DNA of 64,000 nucleotides, taken from the NCBI GenBank assembly GCA_964016885.1, contig OZ024741.1, positions 78,120,001 through 78,184,000 on the forward strand. Reading direction: 5' to 3'. Shown in pieces: positions 50,544 to 64,000 of the stretch (position 1 is the stretch's first letter; each line of letters begins with the position of its first letter). This stretch comes from Eledone cirrhosa. Its lineage: Eukaryota. The notes beneath the pieces were generated by a model, which saw only the letters and a program-made list of their open reading frames with translations, was not told the origin of the DNA and made no database searches. Both the position numbers and the translations under genes were made by a program.

Positions 50544-52989
50544 CAATAAAAAATATTGTATGCTCAAAGGTGATTTACTTTGATCATAGCTCCTATTCAA
50601 TAGGACTGACCTGTGGTTAAACAATAACAACAAATCGTTTTCCGGTAACTCTAATGATCTATATATAAATAAACTCAGTCTATCCTGAAGGGTTTAGGAT
50701 GTAAGATCTTATGTATCTATCCATCTACCCACTCATCCATCATGTTGAAGAGGACCTTGCAGATTATTATAATCGCTTCGATCAACTTCCAGTGTAGTTA
50801 GGGCTTTATTTTTAATCGATACTCATCTCTTTTTAATTAACCCCGAACAACAAAATAAAACAAACTTTAAAACTTCTGTAGTACCTCATGTAAATGTACT
50901 ATCGTAAAATAACTATTGATAGTTAAGCAAACTGAATCTTTAGAAAATTAACCAGTAAAAATATATGCACACCAGATTAGCTTACAAATTACTATTAACA
51001 AAAGTAACCTTAGTTTTTTTTTTATCTAGTCTTTTTGTTAGGTTGTTTCGCCCAATCAAAGAGTTGTGTCCGGACTACATTAGCCACTGCCTTCTCTTGT
51101 CTAAATTCCTTTGAAACCAGTTGATAAGATGCAATTTATTGCTGAATATGCTATCTCTCTCTCTCCAATTTACAGTGTCTCAATATTGACTGTCAGATGT
51201 ATAAATACTTTTTGTTCCGGGCAACTGTCCTGTCAGCATTTATATTAGACCGGTGTGGAATGTCTGTGATTTTTGTTGGTTCGATCTTGACACCTTTTTC
51301 TTATTTTGCAGGAAGTTAATTGTAATTACTAGAAAGCGCATGCTCAGTTTGGTTAGCATCATGCACTCTTGTGTTCTTGAATATCGATTACTCGCCCCCG
51401 TAGATATCTATTACTAACACATGTGATGTCCTCCTCCACTGACATTGTTTTTTTCTTCTTGCCTTATCAATTACACGTTTTTTAAAATGTCAGGTTTTGG
51501 CAAATTTCTACGTAGTCAATCGATTTGTTAGAAATAACAATCAAATCTTCCTAAAATCATACCCTAGTATTTTAAAATCCAAAAGGAAGGATTCATTGAG
51601 TAATATAGTCTTAAGAAAAGCAGGATGTTCATAGCTGAAACATATTTCATCATAGGTGTTGATCTGGTGTGGGGGTGATAAACAACAATAACATCAAATT
51701 TCCTTGATTTTAATTTGAGATATTTGACCCTCCGACGCATAGTTGACTGGCTTCTAAGTATTTCAGCAAGATTAGAAAGCTATATTTTGTTAACCAGTTG
51801 GGATCATTATTGTTGTTTATTTTCAGGTACGGATGCATTAGCAGAATTGTTAGTGTCAAACAAAATACTTTGCGGTATTTCTTCCTGCTTTTTACATTCT
51901 GAGTCCAAATCCCTCCAAAGTCAATCTTCTTTTTATTTACCACAGGTCAATAATAATCAACTTTTCTTACCTTCGTTTATCTTACTTTTCTTCTCTCTCT
52001 CATTCTATTCTCCGATGGAGAATTAACGTCCAAAATGTCAAGACTATTTCCAAATATATCAAGCGTTAAACTAATATATATCATCATTGTACTGTATTGT
52101 TCTCTCGTGTTGTTTCCCTTGTTGATTTTTCACGCACACGCACACGCGCGCGCGCGAGAACGAATACTCAATGCCATAGTAGGGATATTTTCTTTAAGTT
52201 CAAGTCAGTCCTGTTACTCTGGAGTTTTGCCTGTGTATTTATCAGACAACACATATATAGGAAACACGAAAAGAATAAACAAGAGTATGAAGAACATGAA
52301 GTGTATTAGTTTCAATATATATATATAAAGAATGGTGTGCTTATGTACGCAGATGCTATAAAATAGCTTATAAAATATGAAGTCCCTTAAAAACAGAAAA
52401 ATATGTTGCCATCAGCCACTGGATCTCTGTCTGTTTTGATGGGTGTCCCAATTATTTGATCAATGAAATAATCTATTTGTTAAATTAGTGTAGTGTAAGT
52501 GGCTTAATATTTCAGGGACATCTACCGTTGGCGTAAATCCTAGGGGGATTCAGTGAGACATAGCTTGCCTTTAAAACTACAAGTACAATCCGTCCAATAG
52601 GCTTCCATACAGTTTCTGACTACCCAAATTCACTCTCAATACTTGAGTTAAGCTGTGTCTATGGTAAATGATACTTATCCAACATGTTATGCAGCATGAT
52701 TGAACCTGGATCTTCGGGATTATAAAGCAAACTTCTTGCTTAATCATTCATCCATGCTGCAGTCATATGTAAAAAAAAAATAAATAAATGTACGATTCAC
52801 GTCTATGTAGGTTTAGGTGGCCTTCTATGAGGTTGCATCTCATAGGAAGTTTCTTGGGTATTTTAGTGATCAGGATTTTAATCTTATCAAGAAAAGCATG
52901 AAATAAAGAATTCACTGTGATACCCAGTCCTGGAATGGGACCCATGGTCTTATGATCATAAGTCCAACTCTCTCTCTCTCTCTCTCTCT

Positions 52990-53320
52990 GAAGGCGTATG
53001 GCTTAGTGGTTAGAGTGTTGGGATTGCAATCAGGAGGTTGTGAGTTTGATTCTCGGATAGGGTGATGCATTGTGTCCTTCACGTTGCTCCAGTTTACTCA
53101 GCTATAGAAATGAGTTGCAATGTCACTGGTGCCAAGCTGTATCGGCCATTGCCTTTTCTTTGGACAACATCAATGGCATGGAGAGAGGAGAATGGTATGC
53201 ATGGGTGACTGCTGGTCTTCCACAAGCAATCTTGCTTAGACTTCTGCCTTGAGGATGGGGAGGAGGCTTCTAGGTACAAACCCTATGGTCATTCTTGACC
53301 GAAGTGAGTCTTTTGCCCTT
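52990..53320 (+). mobile_element. tRNA-derived SINE
   Basis: A-box tggcttagtgg, B-box-like gagtttgattc, core tgtgtcctt..gctccagtttactcagct. Its 3' part matches 16580-16720. Confidence 0.75.
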
Positions 53321-53494
53321 TATATATATATATATATAGGTAAAGGTATGAATCGAAGTTGTAGTCACAATAATATCCTCTTTGTGGTATATGATTTAAA
53401 AGAATGATTGGTTTGTGTTGCCATAAGGCTTCTGAGCTTCTGGTTGTACCACTGCTAGCTGTGCTGCTACAAGGTAGAGCCAAAGTCTCATGCT

Positions 53495-54380
53495 GTTTTC
53501 TAGCCACAAATCAGCCCTTATTGAGTAGCTGTATGTTGAGAAGTGTCCCAGTCTTTAAAAGGATTATTTAGGATTGCATTATCTAATGTGTTCTTTCTTT
53601 TATTGTTATCAAGCCCCAGATCAAACCTATAATCAAAGCCATTCTAGCCACAGCCATTCTTGTCTTTTTAAGATTACACCAGACTATATTATCTAACTTC
53701 TGTTCTTCCTTTTTAAAAAATTGTAAGGTGTAATTTGAGGGAGATTTGGGTCCTATTTTGAGCATCTCAAGTGACTGCATAGAGGCTCTCTTGGTTTATA
53801 GTCAAGTTGTTCATATTTTTAATGAAATATACTGTCAATATATTTCAATTAATTTTCAAAATAAACATTTTTGAAGAATTTATCTATATGATTTTTTTCA
53901 TCGTTAAGCTGGTGTTTTGAACATAACTTAAAGGTTTTGCATAAAAGTATGTGGAAAGGCTTTTAGATAAATATAAACATTTTTCATAGAAACAGGTGTG
54001 GTTTAGTATCTCAAGTAGACCACATCAAGCAGATCAAAAGTGTTCTAACTGTGACCATCTCATCTTTTATTCAAACATTGTGTAGTATCTAGGACTATAT
54101 TATTCACTGTGTCTTTTTAAAAGTTTTAATTTGAAGGAGATTTGGCTGCTATTTCTAATAGTTCAAGTGACTACACTTGTTAGCTATTACACTAAGAGTG
54201 ATTTTTGTAACATTTAAGGCTACCTGACAGAACTAGGTTGTTGTTTAACCCCAGCCAATATCAGTTCTGATGTGGCATCCCTCATCAGCAGCATACCAGC
54301 CTTGACTATCCTGTATTTTCTTTAGGTGTGGTGCATCCAATGCTTATAAGGGAGATTTGGCTGCTATTTCTTGCAAGTCA
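53495..54380 (+). repeat. Cluster of a very abundant ~200-250-bp dispersed repeat
   Basis: Motifs gttgtttaaccccag..cattccagccatgaccatc..ggagatttggctgctatttctagca recur here and near 23850, 24370, 47000, 49880, 58120, 59100, 60850 and 63500. Confidence 0.7.
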
Positions 54381-55405
54381 ATCAACATGGAAAAGTGATC
54401 TCTCCAAACGTTTTAGACTTTGGGTCCCCCCACCCACCCCATCCTATCATGGAATCTTTGACCACACATCGACCCCAGGCATGTATACAAACAAATAAGT
54501 AAATGAATATATCAGTAAATAATACTTATATAGACAAGAAAGGATAATTATATATAAATCAGAAATTTGTATAAGCAAGTTATATTTTATTGAATTATTT
54601 TATGTATTTTCATTTCTTATTCAAATGTCAGGTTTTTACTCCAAAGTTCAACTGGCCCTCTGTGTAGTCCCTCTAACCCCTAGATGTTGATATTGACCAC
54701 TTTGGGGGTCCCAGGCATAGTGACTTTCTTCCAAAGTAGGGATTAATGCTTTTGTTTGCAAGCTGCTGTTTTCTAGTTGTCATCATAAATGCCTCATATT
54801 TCCATTAAACTGTAATCTGTTACCTTACTTTTATGAGAAGTAATAGTACCTTGACAGAATACTTTTTATTGTAAAAAAGAGCCTTTCCTAATCTTTTTGT
54901 GACCATAATTTTTGCAAAATACGCTGCCCCTGCATTGCAATTAATTTTGAAAATAATCAAGAATTTTGTCATTATTAAGCTACTATTTAGAATGTAACTT
55001 AATGAAAAGATTCATCATCATTACCATCAGCATTTAACATCTATTTTCTATGCTTGCATGGGTTAGGCAGGCTGTCATGTTTTGAGGCCACACACTTGAT
55101 TTTTGGCTTGGTTTTCTACAGCTTGATGCTCTTTCTAATGTCAACCATGTTACAGTGTGTACTGGGTAAATTGGGTGCTTTTAGTTGTAACACCAGGATG
55201 ACTGCTTTACAGAGTGAAATATGATGGAAGGTTTTAATTTAGATGTGGACATTTTAAAATGTGTAATTCTGTATTGAGTCAGAAGCAGTCTCATATGGAC
55301 CAGTGTCAAAAGTGTTGAAGTTAGTTGAGATGGTTAACACCTCTTCATATTTTAGCATTAACAGAAAAAACAAAAACAAAACTCTTTATAATTTTACCTT
55401 ACTAG

Positions 55406-55475
55406 GTTGTTTTTCTTTATTTCCCCTCTGTGCTGCACTACAAATTTGTCTGTCCTTAGACTGTTCTAATAACAG
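55406..55475 (+). other. Possible non-coding exon of a plus-strand gene
   Basis: ttttaccttactag| ... CAG|gtaagt consensus sites in unique sequence. No coding evidence. Confidence 0.2.
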
Positions 55476-56387
55476 GTAAGTTCTTAGGGGAAGAGGTTGC
55501 TGGTCCTTTACTCAACCTTTTTCCATGGGGAAATACATGCTTTGAATGATCTCCTGCAACTTTTCTTGTGGCATAGCATAGCCAATTGAGAAAGAGAAGG
55601 TTAACTCTAGAAAGGATGAAAGACAAAGTTGTTTTTGATGAGATATGAACTCAAAATGCAGTGAGTTGGAACAAATACTGGAAAGCATTCTATCCAATTG
55701 TCTAACGACTACCAATTTACTGCCTTCTACTTGGCTTAACTTACATTAATAGAGTAATGAAGAAACTGTATTGCAAGGACTGTGAAACAAGTAGATCTAA
55801 ACACCAGGTGTTTGCTGCTGCAATAATACTAATAATAATGACTTTTCATGTAGGATTGTGGTTAGTTATCATCAGCACTTGAGTGGTAATTATTCTATCA
55901 TTCACTCCACCATTCTACTACATTTTTACTACTTAATCAGAAGAAAAGATAGTATCCATGAACCATTCTCAGAGCTTCTAAAATTGTTGGAATGGAAGGA
56001 GGGAGAGAGGAAGGCATCTTCAAACTGGAGATTTGGCCCAAATGCTTGTAATGAAGTGGGTTCCACTAAAAGTACCCAAGGACCAAATGATGGTGTTAAA
56101 CTGGGCAATGAATTAAATCTACTACACTAGTAGGCCATGACAGGATTTGAATTCAGAACATAATGTCTGTTTTAGAATTTTTGGTACTAATATTAGAGTT
56201 ATTTAATTGATTGATACTTTATAGATAACAGTTTGTAAGTGAAGTGCTGTTGTACTATACAAGCTTTTGGACTTTGAAGGATAAGTTAGTGGTGGGAGAA
56301 GCACAGTGCACCCAAAATGCCACATTTGGGAATAAATTCATATCTCTGCAAGAAGTTGACGCAGAGAAGTTGTTTATGATATAGTGT

Positions 56388-56717
56388 CAGACGCTATGAT
56401 ATCCAGCTTAACATGAGTTATCTCCTGTACTAAATAGGTCACTTCAGTATCAGACACTGATATCCAAATCAACAGGAGTTATATCCAGTACTAAATAGGT
56501 CACTATGATATCCAGCTCAACATGAGTTATCTCCAGTACTAAATGGGTCACTTCAGTATCAGACGCTATGATATCCAGCTTAACATGTGTTATATCCAGT
56601 GCTAAATAGGTCACTTCAGTATCAGACACCGATATCTAGCTCAACATGAGTTATCTCTAGTACTAAATAGGTCACTTCAGTATCAGACACTGATATCTAA
56701 CTCAACATGAGTTATCC
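56388..56717. repeat. ~61-63-bp tandem repeat, about 5.5 copies
   Basis: Unit cagacgctatgatatccagcttaacatgagttatctccagtactaaataggtcacttcagtat with variants. Confidence 0.9.
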
Positions 56718-59700
56718 CATTGTTAGTCTCTCTAACACTGTGTTTTTAACCTTCATTCATACCCCATTGATTCTCAATCAGCCGTGGAACCTACTACACT
56801 TATTTATTACTTCTACTGATTGTTTAACAAACAAATGAAGTCTATTCAGTTACTCAACCTTTTTGAAATAGCATCTAATTCACCCTGAAATAGGCTTTAC
56901 AAAAAAAAAAAGTGGTGTTAAAAACCATTAGATAGTATAGGTATGAATAAACTGCCTAAATAACAGATGGGTAGGATAGTCGTTACTGGAATATCTTTGG
57001 CTGTAAGTTGTTTTAAAATTTCAATACATTGGGCTGAAACGATTTGCCATCACTGTTGTATATCCATAAGTTGTAAAAGTAGCCAAAACAAAGATAAGCA
57101 ATGTGGTATTGGAGCACAGCAGTTAGTGGTGTGCATCATACAGTGTTTGGAGTTCCCCCCTGCTGTTGCTGTTATATTTGTATGGAGTTTCAATTGATTA
57201 CATTAACATCAGTATTTATTTCAGTCAGTTATTATTTTATCAGTAGCTAAGTACTTAAGTTCAATACTTGACTTGCATATATATGTACATAAGCTCAATA
57301 CTGGACTTAAATACATGCATACGTTCATACATCCATACATATGTATGTATATGTGCATAAGTACAGAATGTAAACATCCACGAGAAATCCGTAAACCTAG
57401 TGCACTTTGATAAAAGTCCCTTGAGATATATGTACTGCAGCAAGTTATAGACACTCCCTTACTAGTCCCGATGCCTGAAACAGTGAAACCTATAACAAAC
57501 AACACTATTGTTCATGAATTGACAATATAAATTTATATAAATGAATAGGTTGGCAGCTGCAGGAAATTGAATCAAATGATATGTTGATGGTTGTAAGGGA
57601 GGTGTGAGTAAATTTTTGTGTTGTTGAAAGCATCATGCATTGTTTGTGTGAGGTTTGTTAGTAGTGTGTTTGTTGTTTAGTCTCAGGTAATCTTGATTGA
57701 GCAAACCTATGACAAAAATCTTTCCAGGTATGACCATCTCATCTTTATAGAGGAGTCCAAAACTCCTTTTGCTAATGTGCCTGTCTTTCCTCCTTTTAAC
57801 TCATTAATATCATAGTGATTTTTTTTCATCCTTACTATGCTTATTTTTTTTGTTAGTTAACTCTTAACAACCTGTAATGATTCAGCAAAAAATATTTAGA
57901 AACAAGTTTAATTCAAATGTTTATAGTATCTTTACAAGTGGACAGATTGTTGTGAAAATCTGTAGTGTAAGCGTAAAGATTTTAATTTTTAATGTGATGC
58001 AGTCATAGTGCTGTTTTTTACTTTGTGAGAATGTGTTGCTAATGTGGTTTCATTGGGTACAGGATGTTGAGTTAATTGTAATTAATTAAGCTTTATGCAA
58101 GTACTGTTTAATTTGATGAAGATTTGGCAGTTATTTCTAGCAGGTCGAGTTGTAATTCTTAAACGATGTGCCACAAAGGTGCATTGCAAATTTTAAATAA
58201 TGTAATTTAAAATTTTAAGAAAATCTGTATTCATGCTTTACTGCCTTGAAAGATATGTTTTTCATAATGTTATACATATGTATGATTAATTAACCTTTTT
58301 GATACTAAATCGCTCAGGGTTTTATTATATAAAACTGTTTTAAAGTGTTAATATTTATCTAAAATCTTTCATAGTTTTATTTAAGAACGATTAAGTTATG
58401 TTCCAAATGTCAACTTAATAATGAGAAAGTTATATTATTAAATCCTTCCAAATCTTTGATTATTTTGAAAATTAATTGAAAATCATTGACAGTGTTTTCA
58501 TTAGAAATATGGCAAAAAGTTGATAAGCTATAGGTTTCTATATTTTCTTTTGAATTTTAAACTTAGATTTTTTCTTTTTAAAGCTTTCCTACAAAGTGTG
58601 CTAGTAATGTATATTTGATCTTCAGTGCACTAATTTGAGAACAAGTAATACAGAGGTTCTTTCTTTGGTTGTGTGGGAGATGAATGTTGTGTAGTACAGG
58701 AGGTGAGTGTTGTGGCCTGAATCTGTGTTTTAATTTGAAAAGAGGAATGTTTGAGATAGTGATGTCAGTGTTTAGTTTTACTGAAATAGAAGTTTTGAGA
58801 GCATGTGTAAATGAATGAAGTGTCAGCACAGTTTTAAAGGCTTTATAATGGTTTCTGATTTAGGCACAAGGTCAACAATTTTAGAGAAGGGAAAGTCGAT
58901 TAAATTGATCCCAGTTCTTTACAATAGTTTTCTAATTTAGGCACAAGGCCAGCAATTTTAGTAACAGGTAGTCAATTATATTGACTGCAGAAAGATGAAG
59001 ACAACATTATTTTTATATCCAGCTTCCAGATGCAGTTGATAGTATAAGTTGTTGATGTTATTTATCTCCAAGTCAACCTTGGTTGAGCAGATCTATGAAG
59101 AAAGACATTCCAGCCATGACCATTCAGTCTTTCTAGAGGTATCTTCAGCTACAATATTTAATGTGTGTCCTTTCTTTTTTCTCAAGTGGAGTATGTAATT
59201 TGAGGGATATTGGTTGTTGTTTCTTGCCAGTTGAATGACTACATAAATGCAGTGATTCCTTCACTCCTCAAGTTTTTTCAGTGTATATTTATGATTTTAT
59301 GAGATGTGGCTTTTGATATTTTGGGATCCCTTTATTAGTTTTCCAACATAGTCACAATGCCTGAAATGTGAGGGGAGGAAGCAGTTGAATATTTCAACCT
59401 TAGAACCTGATCAGTACTTTGTTTTATCAGCCCAAGAATACAAAAGATGAAATTTTTATTTGCAATATAGAAATAATAAAAAAAAGGGGAAACAAAAGGA
59501 AAGAAAGAATAGGGAAATATAGAAAAAAATAAAAGAGAAAGAATGAAGAAAAAGAATGGGAAGGGGAGGAGATCGCAGAAGAGAGGATGAGGGTGATTGG
59601 GCTTTGGGCCTAGGGCAAGAGAGCAGAAGTGTTGCGTCCCGCTGAAAAGACGGCAAAAGCATTCCCCTGGACGATGGCTTGTTATACACCACCCAACAGC

Positions 59701-59789
59701 CACCCAACGAAAATTTGGACTGATAATATGGAAGCCTGAAATTAACTGTTCTTATCACTATGTGCCACCTGTGATCCATTCTCAGAACA

Positions 59790-60075
59790 GCTGTGCCGAG
59801 AATTGAGAGATCACAGCTTTGATACTACGGACATGTGGTCAGGATGTCTAAGGAAAGAATTACTGGACAGATTTTACAGGCAAAACCAACCAGCAGGAAA
59901 CCCAGAGGAAGACCCCAAGCAAGATGGTTGGATAACATCTATGAACTTGGCTTGTCTCACTTGGGGATCCAGCCAGATCAATTGAAGACAATTGTTTCTG
60001 ACAGGACCTGCTGGAAGGAGTATTTGAGGACTCTACCCCTATGACCTTCCCAGGAATAAGTGGGCAATGAAGAAC
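59790..60075 (+). mobile_element. RTE 3' fragment
   Basis: YGHVVRMSKERITGQILQAKPTSRKPRGRPQARWLDNI. Same family as 5030-5335. Confidence 0.8.
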
Positions 60076-60469
60076 AACTGTTCTTATGCAGAGTCAGTTA
60101 CTATGAAAAGAAAATTTCCAGTTGATCTGTATTTGTCATCCTCATTTTATTTCAAGGCTATCACTAATTTTGTGTTGTCATCTGAAATACATGTGTATGG
60201 TGCAAGGGGGGTATGGAATGTTTAGACAGATAAAGGATATAAATAAAACTCTGTTCTAAAGATATAAATTACTTTGTCCCTCTCCCCCACTTCCCTATTT
60301 TATTGAACTTACAGGACCCCCCCCCCCCCCCTCAGTTCTCTTTGGTATCTATTAGCTGTCAAACCGGATAGTGAAGTTGTTGAATATTTCTTTCACAGAA
60401 TCTGAGTAGACACTTAAAACAATGTATGTACATTTACGTGTTGAAATACTGCATATATATCATCATCAT

Positions 60470-60507
<38 letters not shown>

Positions 60508-63500
60508 GTGTGTGTGTGTGTGTGTGTATTTATGTACATACATACATACATTTCTTAGGCACAAAACACATGTAGGTGTGAGAGAAAAGGTGAGGTTGGT
60601 ATGTCAAACCTACATCTAATGGTCTCTCATACAGCTAATCTAAGTTAACATATTTTGTCAGTACTTTTACATTGTTGAAAACTGTGTCTTTAGATCCTTG
60701 CATCGTTGTCATATTTCCTATCAGTAATGTTTTGGATTATTGTATTTTTTTGTTAACCTCTGATATGGTGAGGTTATTAGCATGGAGACTGAGGAACAGG
60801 TATATGAATAGCCATGGAATTTTCCTGACCCTGTCTTGAAGCAGTTGTTGCTGTTTAGCCACAGGTTGGTTCTGATCAGGTTCATCTAAGGACACAAGCA
60901 TTTCAACCATGACTATCCCATCTTTTTTTTTATATCTAGGACTAAATTTTTCAATGTGTTCTTTAATTTTCAAGGGTAGTTTGTGATTTAATCCTTTCAC
61001 ATTACTCTATATTTACTATTGTATTTTCACATAAAAGGTTTTACCTCACATAATATCGAATCTATGAGATTTTAATATTATTTATTTTGAGGACAATACC
61101 TTAACATCAGTATGAGTGGCTGGTTACAGCCCTGACCAATTAGATCTGTGAGCACTCTAACTTGACTATCTTGTCTTTTTTCAGATGTTATGTATCTAAG
61201 ACTACACTTACTATTGTGTCCATTTTAAATTGATGGGGTATGATTTTAGGAAAATTTGTTATTTTGTGCAGGTTAAGTAATTGTATAGTAAGGGCTTCTC
61301 GTTTACAGTAGTTCAAATCTCCATTCTATAAAATACATCAACACAATAAAATGCACTTTGTCTACACTGAGAATTATTCAAGAAAGGTGTCCTCATGTAA
61401 AACAAAAACAAAACAAAATACATGCCATACACAGCAAATATACCTTAACTCCAATAGTTATTAATCCTCTACAAATCTCGGGCAAAATCTGCAATATAGT
61501 TCTGCTCATATATTTTGGATAGTGCTACTGCTACACAAAAAGACACCCTTAACTGCACCCAAAGAAAGGTCATTTTATTTATTAGCTTGAAGTCACTTAC
61601 CCACACATTTCAGCCTTGGGCCCACAGACTTACTGTCTCTGTTCTCAGCCTTTTCTTACCACTATGGCAGTAGCTTTTGTTCCTTAGAACTGACTGGTTT
61701 TGTGTCACCTCCACTCACTCATCACTTGTCACTTATATTGTTCCTCTCTTCATCACCAGTGCACAAGTATTTACTGTCAATTTGCTGCTGTTTGTGAAGA
61801 ACATTAACCATATCAGTCTCACTGGTCAGGGGAGGGTTGTATGGGCTGGGGTGGCGTGCTTGTGAAGGTCACTGCAGGATTCAAAACTTTAGCCTTCATA
61901 TATATAAATACATGTAAAATAACTGATTGATGTTGATACTTTGAAAAATATTAGATATATCTGTTTCTAAGATACTTTATGGAGAAAAAGAATATGAAGA
62001 TCAATACAAACAATGAAGGAAATGAATGTATAGGATGTTTTGTGAGCTTATTGATTTGCATTAAAATATACAACAAAATAAATGTCATTTTTTATTTTTG
62101 TTTTAAATATTATAAAACAGGTGTTTGTTTTAATTTTTTTTTCATAACTCTATACAGCTGCACCTTGACCCCTGACATGTCACTTTCTAACTACATTTGG
62201 ATATGCATCCATTTTCAAAAATTCTAAAAACAGCATCAAGTTCTTTAATAGAAAATTCCTTTCTTTACATTCCAGCATCATCAGTTCTACTTTGGTCATT
62301 ATCTTCATCACATGTACATTGCTGTTCTTAATTTAATAAGTCTCCATCATTTGAGTCCACACAATACCAGTGCAGCAGTACTGCTATCTATTCTACACTT
62401 TGACAGGCATAAACCAACTTAAGTGATTTCTGCTATAACCCCTGTAATTTCATCTTTGGAGTCATGAAAATTATTTGTGCAGCTGTCATATTGCTGACTA
62501 ATATCCCATGTCATGCATCATCATTACTATTTTTTTTACATCTATTTTCCATTCTTACATGGGTTAGATGGGTTGTCACATTCTGAGGTCTGACTGGGTG
62601 CTTTTTTAGTGGCATCAGCACTATCACTTTACAGAGTGGGCTTGGTGCATTTATCATGGCCAAACACTACCACTTTACAGTGTGGGCTGAGTGCATTTTA
62701 TTATCTTTGCACCTAATAAATTTTTCATGTTATAGTTGTCTCCCCACACACCCCAAATCTATAAGCTGTAAAAAAAAGGGCTAAAATGCAGCTCCATTTG
62801 AGCAAGGTTCAGCGCCGTGAGCTGGCCAGACTTCATAGTCTGATCCTTGCAAGCATGGAAAATAAGACATTAAGTGTTGATGATAATGATGATGATGACA
62901 CACACACACACACACACACACATATGTAGAGAGAGGTTCAGTTGGAAAATAGGTCCAGGGCTTGGAAAACTAAGGATGGGTCTGTGAACATCTGATGCTC
63001 TTTTCCTAAAATGAAAAAAAAAAAGAACTCCTAAACCTTGAATTTTGTGAGTAGCTGTCCACCCCTTATCTGGGGCTTGAAAACACTCTTGTTCCGCCTT
63101 GCAAAATGTCTCTTGGTGGCTCTGTTTTCTGCCAAACAGAACATAGCTATTTTCCCCAAAAGATTGTTCTATTAACTATAAATCATTATGCAGTGAGAAA
63201 ATAAACAATTTTCTCACTGATATATAAAACTGATATTAGTCAATGACTAATACTGTTTCCATTGAAGCCTATATTGTGGAATGTATCTTGTGAGTATTTT
63301 CCTCGATTACACTCCAGGTTATCAGCAAAATGTGATTTGCTTGGTATAATGAGAATTTAGAATATGATTGATTTAAGAATTTTCTTCTAAACTGGTCTGC
63401 TACAGATTATAACTAAGCCTTTTTTATGGCTTAGAAGAGCATATGACCTGTGCAGATCCACTGTCAGTGTTGGACAGAAAGATAAGAAACCACTCCTCTT

Positions 63501-63889
63501 GGCTGTTGTTTAGCTTCAACATAATCCGGATTGAACAAAAACCGTCTTTCCTTGACAATCCAATCTGTTTGTATATCCAGAGTCCACATTATCCAAAGTG
63601 TCTTTCATTTTTTTAAGAGGGTAGAGTTTGATTTTATGGTTGCTTTGGCTGTTTTTTTATGTAGGTTATGTGACTATCTAGAGACCCTCTTGTTGACTCT
63701 GTAAAAGGACTGATGGAGGTATCGAGTTGATAATGTTTTGTGAGACTATTGAGGGGAATGTTCTGTCTGGGGTTACTTGGATTGATTTTGGCTAGTTAGT
63801 CACAAGATGTATAACTCGATAAAAAACAAGCAACCCTAGAAGCTAAAGGCAAAAAATGTCAAAAGCAATATGGGGGCCTCTTCTACTCA

Positions 63890-64000
63890 GTTAAATGCTG
63901 TTGAGGAAGAAATAAGGACTTGCAAAAAATGTGAAGAGATATTTGATGATGACAAAGATCATCTCAGAATGTGAAAGATGTGATGAATTTCTATGTCAGA
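63890..64000 (+). mobile_element. Possible PHD-finger start, typical of CR1/L2 ORF1 (frameshifted, runs off the window)
   Basis: EEEIRTCKKCEEIFDDDKD then, in another frame, ECERCDEFLCQ. Confidence 0.35.

Overview
AT-rich, microsatellite-dense animal genomic DNA, not prokaryotic. The SINE, RTE and Penelope content suggests an octopus or other cephalopod, but that is inference. Most ORFs in the track are noise or transposon debris. The main host gene is a minus-strand, many-intron gene (about 5.6-45 kb) that I assembled by hand from splice signals. It encodes a probably secreted Cys-rich protein: hydrophobic N-terminus, EMI-like Cys region, calcium-binding EGF, EGF, then a decayed third EGF exon. 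It shows an apparent 1-nt frameshift and a possible frame-compensating 35-nt micro-exon. Its introns hold a degenerate mariner, a Penelope-like GIY-YIG element with a ~860-bp inverted repeat, young RTE LINE copies, R4/Dong-type fragments, a deleted Helitron, a Harbinger-like MITE, many SINEs and a 42-bp minisatellite. The most notable non-obvious signal is a set of minimal type I hammerhead ribozyme motifs, all next to or between (TA)n tracts: one with intact core (18127-18177), one truncated sibling, one perfect fold-back, and two decayed candidates. All calls were made by eye, without alignment or folding software.
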